NCBI GenBank assembly: GCA_012295275.1
Contig: CM022665.1
Span: 26,846,001 to 26,910,000 of the forward strand
Direction: 5' to 3'
Length of the DNA stretch: 64,000 nucleotides
Source: Chrysomallon squamiferum
Taxonomy: Eukaryota; Animalia; Mollusca
Shown here: positions 60,855 through 64,000 of the stretch, in pieces
Layout: the number at the start of each line of letters is the position of its first letter
Position numbering within the stretch: the stretch's first letter is position 1
Made by a program: the position numbers and the translations under genes
The notes under the pieces: model-generated
What the model was told of the DNA's origin: nothing
The model's input: only the letters and a program-made list of their open reading frames with translations
Databases searched by the model: none

Positions 60855-63620
60855 GGTGTTATTAAATCTAGTTTCATACAAACGAATCAATAACAAAAAG
60901 AACAACAAAAAATTAAGAAACCACATAAGAACAAACATTATTTCACTGATAACATTTAATATAACATGCAATAAATATTTATCTTTTAACACTGGTTAAA
61001 TATGCTGTATTTACTATATGAATTTTTATCATCCTAAATAATTTATTTAATACAATCTTTAAATAATAGTTTTAACACAATCTTTAAGTGTTTTCACAAT
61101 TCACATTTCAGTAATTAAAAATAATTTAAGATCTATTAAATATCTTCATAACTGATTAATATACATATAAGACTGATATTTAATAAAACTTTATTTCTCA
61201 TACGAACCATTGTGACTGAAGAAGCACTGATTGTCCAGTATTTTTTCTGTGATCTTGCTTCATTGGCTGAAACTACTTTGAGGTCATATGGGTCATAGAA
61301 TGAATGGTGGATATCTCGATTTCGTAACACACAGTAGACAAACTGACCATTATCTTCCTTCAGATTTATCAATGACTTGAAATAAAAAATTGGCTTTTTA
61401 TTGATAAATGATTAATTTTTTTTTTTTCCTTTTACAAATAAAATGTAATTTAAATCAATATTTATTTAAGAAAAATAAAAAATATAAATATTTATTTATA
61501 TGTTAAGTTTTAATGGCTGGTGTATGATTATACCAGAAATGTTGGGGTTTTTTTGTTGTTTTTTTCAGTTTACTTATTAATAACAATAAATATGATCCTA
61601 TATTTCTTTCATTCTACAAAGATGTATTAAAACATAAATAAGTCCTGACAACCAAATTACTCTTTTAAAAAATAAAAAAAATAAACATTAATTAAACTGA
61701 ACACCCAGAAACTGCTGTAACAGTAACAACATGAAATTATAATAAACATGAACCTTTTGTCCAGGCTGTGGATTTGTTAGATCCTCCATCTGTTTTCTGC
61801 AGAAAGGTCCATGGTTTGGGATTTCTGAGGACCACCCGAGATCATTTCTGAATGTTATCAGGTAATCATAACCAATATCAGACTCAGGGGCTGAAATTAC
61901 ATTAAATAGATATCTGAGAAGACATTCTAATGAAAAAATCCAATTTGCCAGAGCTAAATCATAAGTTTTCATTTCTGGTGTATACCATAAGCTTCTATGC
62001 AATTGATGTTTGAATCTAACCCCAAAAATAAAAATAACCATTATTTTTTTGGTAACTTGTCCAGAGCTACTAAATTATGACCAGAAATCTGATAACAAAC
62101 TTTTTACTTAACATTTCACAATGAATAATATAATAAATAATTTCGCAACAAATAACAAATCCAGTAAATAATGGCTCAGTCTTAGTTTTTCATCCCTGGT
62201 ATTACAGTAAGCTTACCAGAAACATTTTGTATCTTGGCTAGAACTGTCAAGTTATAAACTATTATGCCTGAACAAATGTCCATAGAATCAGAAATTAGTG
62301 TGAATTAGGATGTTTCTGACACTGAAAAATACTTCTCTGATTTAAGAGTGTCAAAGTTTCAACTTATTGTGTAGGAAAATCTGATAAATAATTGACCCTC
62401 TTTCCAAGAATAGTTAGTGTAGATTAGAAAAAAACTCAGCAAAAAAGATGGTGATTGGTTAATAACAGATATTATTGATGTATGATATTACAATGAAATG
62501 TGCTGTGGTTTTAATACAAACAAAAACGCAAATGGTGAAAATAAATACTCCATAAACATTTTTTTTTAACCAATTCTTCAGAGAATAATCATACTAGTTA
62601 TCTTTTTAAATTTAATAAGTACCTTAATTATTAAAAATAACTTTAATCATTGCAATCTGTAATCTATCTTATTAATCAAATTTTCTAATGCTACAGTTAT
62701 TATAATCATTTTAATAAGTAACAGGTATTTATTAATCAGATCTGTTTATTCAGTTATTTATTTGTACCCATTGTTTTCTTTTTCTTTTTTGGTTTTCTCT
62801 GAGATTTTTTTAGTTTGTTACCAGCAATTTAATGATTTGTTAAACCAGGTTATCTAGTTATAGCATTAATTGTAATTTGTAAGCACTGGTTAACTGATCT
62901 GTCTTTTCTAGTTTATACTTGTTTATTTTAATTTGTAATTAATTGATCTATCTTATCTAGTCATATTTATTAATTTTTATTTGTAATTGCTGGATTATTG
63001 ATATATGATACCTATTTACACTGTTTATTTTAATTTGTAACAACAGGTATATTTAATTTTGTTTCCAATTTATTTTATTTTGTAATCACTGGTTTATTGA
63101 TCTTATATAACTATCCTTTTTTATTTCCTTTTGCATTCACTCATTTACTGATCTATAGTGTCTATTATTTATTTTCATTTGTAATTACCGGGTTATTGAT
63201 CTATCGTATCTATTTATATTTATTTATTTTAATTTGTAATTACTAGTTTATCAGTTTATCAAATCAGGTCATACTGATGTGTAACTACTGGTTTGTGAGA
63301 ATTTGTTACCAGTGATTCTATTCATGTTCACATTACCTACATCCTCAAATATGCTTTTTCTTGGAACTGCAGACCTTAGACTTTCTGTGAGGTTTGTTTT
63401 CTGCTCTGTGCACATAATGATAAACTGCTTTCCTTTTGTACAGGTTTCCACATATCCACTGATTCTGAGGACTTGACTTCCTTGCTGTCTGGCAAGATAA
63501 ACTGGACTTCACATTTTCTATTTTGATGCCTTTGGTCTTCTTCAATGCTAGCTGCATCTTTGTCCATTTCAGTATCGACTTCACGAACATTATCTTTCTC
63601 ATCAGCAACAGCAGGTTTGC
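4580..63620 (-). CDS. DNAH14: Axonemal dynein heavy chain, DNAH14-like (multi-exon gene span, 5' end incomplete)
   Basis: 78 phase-consistent GT-AG exons join into one ORF with AAA1 GPAGTGKTE and [12 protein letters not shown]2 [11 protein letters not shown]3 [11 protein letters not shown]4 GMDGTGKS, a stalk coiled coil, AAA6 WVFLQNCHL and the C-terminal [24 protein letters not shown]. Subfamily assignment comes from recalled DNAH14 N-terminal motifs, not from a search. Confidence 0.9.
5488..5634 (-). CDS. Dynein HC exon E79 (C-terminal domain)
   Basis: [17 protein letters not shown]. Confidence 0.95.
6351..6508 (-). CDS. Dynein HC exon E78 (C-terminal domain)
   Basis: [23 protein letters not shown]. 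Confidence 0.95.
7209..7458 (-). CDS. Dynein HC exon E77 (C-terminal domain)
   Basis: [15 protein letters not shown]...[10 protein letters not shown]. Confidence 0.95.
7950..8161 (-). CDS. Dynein HC exon E76 (C-terminal domain)
   Basis: [14 protein letters not shown]...AVKGEIIMS. Confidence 0.95.
8293..8485. repeat. Degenerate about 40-bp tandem repeat (cttggatacatt...atctcctaa.aatatttt) x about 5
   Basis: Directly visible. Confidence 0.75.
8504..8697 (-). CDS. Dynein HC exon E75 (C-terminal domain)
   Basis: [18 protein letters not shown]; phase 2-1. Confidence 0.92.
8861..9054 (-). CDS. Dynein HC exon E74
   Basis: YVEELP...[10 protein letters not shown]...VQPR. Confidence 0.94.
9649..9846 (-). 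CDS. Dynein HC exon E73 (AAA6 lid)
   Basis: [18 protein letters not shown]. Confidence 0.96.
10203..10430 (-). CDS. Dynein HC exon E72 (AAA6)
   Basis: [21 protein letters not shown]. Confidence 0.96.
11291..11393 (-). CDS. Dynein HC exon E71 (AAA6)
   Basis: [17 protein letters not shown]. Confidence 0.96.
11902..12112 (-). CDS. Dynein HC exon E70 (AAA6)
   Basis: ISLGRGQGP...[14 protein letters not shown]. Confidence 0.96.
12317..12853 (-). CDS. Dynein HC exon E69 (E/K-repeat insert plus AAA6 start)
   Basis: Open frame from the aag acceptor at 12854 through the E/K repeats to [10 protein letters not shown]; 537 nt, phase 1-1; the acceptor is weak. Confidence 0.85.
12580..12720 (-). repeat. 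Coding 36-bp tandem repeat ([12 protein letters not shown]) x about 4
   Basis: Repeated ttttcatcttcctttttctcctccttctgaat on the plus strand. Confidence 0.95.
13469..13708 (-). CDS. Dynein HC exon E68
   Basis: [10 protein letters not shown]; phase 1-1. Confidence 0.92.
14076..14637 (-). CDS. Dynein HC exon E67 (AAA5 lid, with RS-repeat insert)
   Basis: [10 protein letters not shown]...MYQFSLSWF; [16 protein letters not shown]. Confidence 0.94.
15154..15290 (-). CDS. Dynein HC exon E66 (buttress)
   Basis: [13 protein letters not shown]...ARKRYLP. Confidence 0.95.
15976..16090 (-). CDS. Dynein HC exon E65 (buttress)
   Basis: ERPLLESQR...[12 protein letters not shown]. Confidence 0.94.
16371..16641 (-). 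mobile_element. Decayed tRNA-derived SINE
   Basis: Minus-strand head with A-box TAGCTCAATGG (16623-16633) and a degenerate B-box; body gtgcatattaaagat..gctgctaattggaaagagtagccc; pyrimidine-rich simple tail. Resembles a gastropod SINE family from memory. Confidence 0.7.
16727..16856 (-). CDS. Dynein HC exon E64 (AAA5)
   Basis: NPHYLP...[15 protein letters not shown]. Confidence 0.96.
17146..17267 (-). CDS. Dynein HC exon E63 (AAA5)
   Basis: [12 protein letters not shown]...IEYNQNF. Confidence 0.95.
17665..17776 (-). CDS. Dynein HC exon E62 (AAA5)
   Basis: WVREMEG...AIRVGAPVL. Confidence 0.94.
18022..18140 (-). CDS. Dynein HC exon E61 (AAA5)
   Basis: [12 protein letters not shown]...[11 protein letters not shown]. 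Confidence 0.96.
18704..18919 (-). CDS. Dynein HC exon E60
   Basis: VRW...[22 protein letters not shown]. Confidence 0.95.
19405..19545 (-). CDS. Dynein HC exon E59 (stalk CC2)
   Basis: [16 protein letters not shown]. Confidence 0.94.
19898..19993 (-). CDS. Dynein HC exon E58 (stalk CC2)
   Basis: [16 protein letters not shown]. Confidence 0.93.
20296..20427 (-). CDS. Dynein HC exon E57 (MTBD)
   Basis: [18 protein letters not shown]. Confidence 0.95.
20763..20922 (-). CDS. Dynein HC exon E56 (MTBD)
   Basis: [25 protein letters not shown]. Confidence 0.95.
21267..21361 (-). CDS. Dynein HC exon E55 (stalk/MTBD)
   Basis: [27 protein letters not shown]. Confidence 0.94.
21613..21738 (-). CDS. 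Dynein HC exon E54 (stalk CC1)
   Basis: [20 protein letters not shown]. Confidence 0.93.
22233..22341 (-). CDS. Dynein HC exon E53 (stalk CC1)
   Basis: [14 protein letters not shown]; phase 2-0. Confidence 0.94.
22857..23038 (-). CDS. Dynein HC exon E52 (AAA4 lid)
   Basis: [15 protein letters not shown]; phase 0-2. Confidence 0.95.
23346..23711 (-). CDS. Dynein HC exon E51 (AAA4)
   Basis: [20 protein letters not shown]...[10 protein letters not shown]...INCCTIDW. Confidence 0.96.
24044..24241 (-). CDS. Dynein HC exon E50 (AAA4 Walker A)
   Basis: VGMDGTGKS...FRDDLK. Confidence 0.96.
24450..24522 (+). repeat. (CA)n-(TA)n microsatellite
   Basis: Directly visible. Confidence 0.95.
24576..24665 (-). 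CDS. Dynein HC exon E49 (AAA4)
   Basis: [27 protein letters not shown]. Confidence 0.95.
25312..25479 (-). CDS. Dynein HC exon E48
   Basis: VLFGDFF...IYKPI; phase 0-0. Confidence 0.93.
26142..26312 (-). CDS. Dynein HC exon E47
   Basis: [12 protein letters not shown]; phase 0-0. Confidence 0.96.
26510..26739. mobile_element. piggyBac-type MITE
   Basis: TTAA|CCCTTT...AAAGGG|TTAA; 230 bp; short imperfect TIRs. Confidence 0.55.
27140..27359 (-). CDS. Dynein HC exon E46 (AAA3 lid)
   Basis: [19 protein letters not shown]; phase 2-0. Confidence 0.96.
28015..28103 (-). CDS. Dynein HC exon E45 (AAA3)
   Basis: [20 protein letters not shown]; phase 0-2. Confidence 0.96.
28384..28512 (-). CDS. Dynein HC exon E44 (AAA3 Walker B)
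   Basis: [21 protein letters not shown]. Confidence 0.97.
28854..29206 (-). CDS. Dynein HC exon E43 (AAA3 Walker A plus insert)
   Basis: GDSGVGKS...FSAQTSS; phase 1-0. Confidence 0.95.
29550..29900. repeat. About 42-43-bp tandem array of the E42 3' end plus splice donor
   Basis: tactaacctgtRagaagaactggRtgt at about 29781, 29823, 29866 (real junction), with more decayed copies leftwards. Confidence 0.85.
29873..30148 (-). CDS. Dynein HC exon E42 (AAA3 start)
   Basis: [16 protein letters not shown]...HPVLLTG; phase 1-1. Confidence 0.95.
30801..31036 (-). CDS. Dynein HC exon E41 (AAA2 lid)
   Basis: [13 protein letters not shown]; phase 2-1. Confidence 0.93.
31480..31642 (-). CDS. Dynein HC exon E40 (Ser/Arg-rich insert)
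   Basis: [22 protein letters not shown]; phase 1-2 bridges its neighbours. Confidence 0.85.
31912..32167 (-). CDS. Dynein HC exon E39 (AAA2 lid)
   Basis: [14 protein letters not shown]; phase 0-1. Confidence 0.93.
32911..33225 (-). CDS. Dynein HC exon E38 (AAA2 Walker B region)
   Basis: [24 protein letters not shown]...[14 protein letters not shown]. Confidence 0.96.
35214..35225 (-). CDS. Candidate 12-nt microexon FRMK
   Basis: tatctcttttag|TTTCGGATGAAG|gtgagc; phase 0-0. Confidence 0.55.
36038..36061 (-). CDS. Candidate 24-nt microexon PSSFKQFK
   Basis: cttttttag|CCATCAAGTTTTAAACAATTCAAG|gtatgt; phase 0-0 inside a phase-0 intron. Confidence 0.6.
36690..36929 (-). CDS. Dynein HC exon E37 (AAA2)
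   Basis: [13 protein letters not shown]...EWTDGL; phase 0-0. Confidence 0.95.
37299..37541 (-). CDS. Dynein HC exon E36 (AAA2 Walker A)
   Basis: [16 protein letters not shown]; phase 0-0. Confidence 0.96.
38068..38245 (-). CDS. Dynein HC exon E35 (AAA1 lid)
   Basis: [17 protein letters not shown]...DLFPG; phase 2-0. Confidence 0.95.
38610..38876 (-). CDS. Dynein HC exon E34 (AAA1)
   Basis: [16 protein letters not shown]...[13 protein letters not shown]; phase 2-2. Confidence 0.97.
40090..40410. repeat. Degenerate (CATA/CACA)-rich low-complexity repeat in the largest intron
   Basis: tacacaacacatgcacat and similar units. Confidence 0.75.
43319..43533 (-). CDS. Dynein HC exon E33 (AAA1 Walker B)
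   Basis: [17 protein letters not shown]...FITMNP; phase 0-2. Confidence 0.97.
44040..44093 (-). CDS. Dynein HC exon E32 (AAA1)
   Basis: [18 protein letters not shown]; phase 0-0. Confidence 0.96.
44489..44720 (-). CDS. Dynein HC exon E31 (AAA1 Walker A)
   Basis: YGYEYLG...[12 protein letters not shown]...[16 protein letters not shown]. Confidence 0.97.
44886..45136 (-). CDS. Dynein HC exon E30 (linker end)
   Basis: [13 protein letters not shown]...DFEWK; phase 0-2. Confidence 0.95.
45175..45229 (+). repeat. (AAT)n microsatellite (similar tracts at about 12205-12287, 56330-56379, 60805-60852)
   Basis: Directly visible. Confidence 0.9.
45588..45675 (-). CDS. Dynein HC exon E29 (linker)
   Basis: [14 protein letters not shown]; phase 2-0. 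Confidence 0.93.
45911..45985 (-). CDS. Dynein HC exon E28 (linker)
   Basis: [15 protein letters not shown]; phase 2-2. Confidence 0.93.
46256..46374 (-). CDS. Dynein HC exon E27 (linker)
   Basis: [10 protein letters not shown]...SAEGE; phase 0-2. Confidence 0.95.
46663..46767 (-). CDS. Dynein HC exon E26 (linker)
   Basis: [25 protein letters not shown]; phase 0-0. Confidence 0.95.
47198..47369 (-). CDS. Dynein HC exon E25 (linker)
   Basis: [20 protein letters not shown]; phase 2-0. Confidence 0.95.
47685..47806 (-). CDS. Dynein HC exon E24 (linker)
   Basis: [18 protein letters not shown]; phase 0-2. Confidence 0.95.
48340..48498 (-). CDS. Dynein HC exon E23 (linker)
   Basis: [12 protein letters not shown]; phase 0-0. 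Confidence 0.93.
48903..48983 (-). CDS. Dynein HC exon E22 (DHC_N2)
   Basis: [20 protein letters not shown]; phase 0-0. Confidence 0.92.
49412..49602 (-). CDS. Dynein HC exon E21 (DHC_N2)
   Basis: [14 protein letters not shown]; phase 1-0. Confidence 0.93.
49957..50186 (-). CDS. Dynein HC exon E20 (DHC_N2/linker start)
   Basis: [15 protein letters not shown]; phase 2-1. Confidence 0.92.
50771..51057 (-). CDS. Dynein HC exon E19 (tail)
   Basis: [17 protein letters not shown]...YASYQERF; phase 0-2. Confidence 0.9.
51449..51667 (-). CDS. Dynein HC exon E18 (tail)
   Basis: [23 protein letters not shown]; phase 0-0. Confidence 0.9.
51668..52196 (-). other. Probable U12-type (minor spliceosome) GT-AG intron
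   Basis: Donor GTATCCTTTT matches the U12 consensus RTATCCTT; the 3' end TTTTTAACCACAG has a branch-like TTAAC close to the AG. Confidence 0.65.
52197..52370 (-). CDS. Dynein HC exon E17 (tail); followed by a U12-like donor
   Basis: VARMKKM...[12 protein letters not shown]|gtatcctttt; phase 0-0. Confidence 0.88.
52869..52991 (-). CDS. Dynein HC exon E16 (tail)
   Basis: [12 protein letters not shown]; phase 0-0. Confidence 0.88.
53236..53468 (-). CDS. Dynein HC exon E15 (tail)
   Basis: [11 protein letters not shown]...WPNLDLLL; phase 1-0. Confidence 0.88.
53666..53769 (-). CDS. Dynein HC exon E14 (tail)
   Basis: [16 protein letters not shown]; phase 2-1. Confidence 0.85.
54000..54099 (-). 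CDS. Dynein HC exon E13 (tail, acidic)
   Basis: [20 protein letters not shown]; phase 1-2. Confidence 0.82.
54062..54480. repeat. About 50-60-bp tandem array of the E13 5' end plus splice acceptor
   Basis: tcata.tctgattcactac...ctgaaaaaa recurs about 7-8 times. Confidence 0.8.
54561..54810 (-). CDS. Dynein HC exon E12 (tail)
   Basis: [23 protein letters not shown]; phase 0-1. Confidence 0.85.
55167..55287 (-). CDS. Dynein HC exon E11 (tail)
   Basis: [13 protein letters not shown]...PPDIDE; phase 2-0. Confidence 0.82.
56191..56249 (-). CDS. Dynein HC exon E10 (tail, Ser-rich)
   Basis: [19 protein letters not shown]; phase 0-2 is needed to bridge its neighbours. Confidence 0.8.
57170..57645. 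repeat. Degenerate about 20-bp minisatellite (aagggtataacacac), interrupted at about 57350-57503
   Basis: Directly visible. Confidence 0.8.
57652..57830 (-). CDS. Dynein HC exon E9 (tail)
   Basis: [29 protein letters not shown]; phase 1-0. Confidence 0.88.
57859..58096. mobile_element. Possible piggyBac-type MITE (decayed)
   Basis: TTAA|CCCTT...AAGGG|TTAC; 238 bp; right TSD has one mismatch. Confidence 0.35.
58372..58537 (-). CDS. Dynein HC exon E8 (tail)
   Basis: [10 protein letters not shown]; phase 0-1. Confidence 0.85.
58902..59166 (-). CDS. Dynein HC exon E7 (tail)
   Basis: [20 protein letters not shown]; phase 2-0. Confidence 0.9.
59865..59927 (-). CDS. Dynein HC exon E6 (tail)
   Basis: [16 protein letters not shown]; phase 2-2. 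Confidence 0.88.
60351..60466 (-). CDS. Dynein HC exon E5 (tail)
   Basis: WTQGD...[21 protein letters not shown]; phase 0-2. Confidence 0.88.
61208..61375 (-). CDS. Dynein HC exon E4 (tail)
   Basis: EDNGQFVYC...[10 protein letters not shown]; phase 0-0. Confidence 0.9.
61754..61890 (-). CDS. Dynein HC exon E3 (N-terminal tail)
   Basis: [24 protein letters not shown]; AG/GT ends. Confidence 0.85.
62217..62237 (-). CDS. Candidate 21-nt (or 27-nt, to 62243) microexon E2, KIQNVS
   Basis: ttctag|CCAAGATACAAAATGTTTCTG|gtaagc; phase 1-1, matches the phase-1 acceptor of the next exon. Confidence 0.45.
62680..63255. repeat. Degenerate about 55-bp minisatellite (tttattttaatttgtaat.actggttattgatcta)
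   Basis: Motif recurs about 8-10 times; T-rich on the plus strand. Confidence 0.7.
63337..63620 (-). CDS. Dynein HC exon E1 (first visible; 3' boundary uncertain: 63414, 63337 or 63310)
   Basis: Acceptor tcacatcag at 63621; acidic [24 protein letters not shown]; frame problem described in findings. Confidence 0.55.
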
Positions 63621-64000
63621 CTGATGTGATATACAGCAAACATAATCACAGCATAGTTTATTTTAAGTCAAAATACATAAAAGTAAAAGTTTTTTTTTTT
63701 TTTTTCTTTTTGAGAATACAAATGAAAGATTTGTTTGGTAATGCAGATATAATAAGTAATTAATTAAAATGTTTAGTCAGATTTAAAGTCTGCCTTAAGG
63801 ATTTGCTCATTTTCAATTATTAATATCGGTCAAAAGATTTAGATTTAAGCCTATTTTTTATTATTATTATTTTTTTTTAATAAGCTTAGGATTTACATCA
63901 CTAGACTAATTAATCTTAGATAAATATTTATTTCTACGTTATTCAGAAATGCATAAACAGAATTATTTTGTGCAAAACAGAAATGGCATGCAAGGTTGAA

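Overview
AT-rich eukaryotic (animal) genomic DNA. Almost the whole window (4580 to about 63620, minus strand) is one intron-rich axonemal inner-arm dynein heavy chain gene, best matching DNAH14. The call rests on the recalled N-terminal signatures LGW...EDNGQFVYC...[10 protein letters not shown]...WLWERR and the AAA4 P-loop GMDGTGKS; DNAH6 is the closest alternative. I traced by hand 78 GT-AG, phase-consistent coding exons from 61890 down to the TAA stop at 4580-4582 (about 14.3 kb CDS, about 4,760 aa): tail, linker, AAA1-6, stalk/MTBD and C-terminal domain. There is also an unresolved 5' exon (63310-63620), and the start codon probably lies outside the window. Notable points: (1) several introns are built from decaying tandem copies of the adjacent exon-intron junction; (2) a cluster of frame-compatible candidate microexons (8-24 nt) in the AAA2 insert; (3) one probable U12-type intron; (4) unusual E/K-repeat and RS-repeat inserts in the motor ring; (5) a 1-nt frame discontinuity in the first visible exon; (6) a probable tail-to-tail overlap with a plus-strand 3' UTR near 2430-2460. 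The window also holds a decayed tRNA-derived SINE resembling gastropod SINEs (inference), three MITE-like elements and many microsatellites. No prokaryotic features, CRISPR, rRNA or intact tRNA were seen. All exon calls come from manual reading, without RNA evidence.
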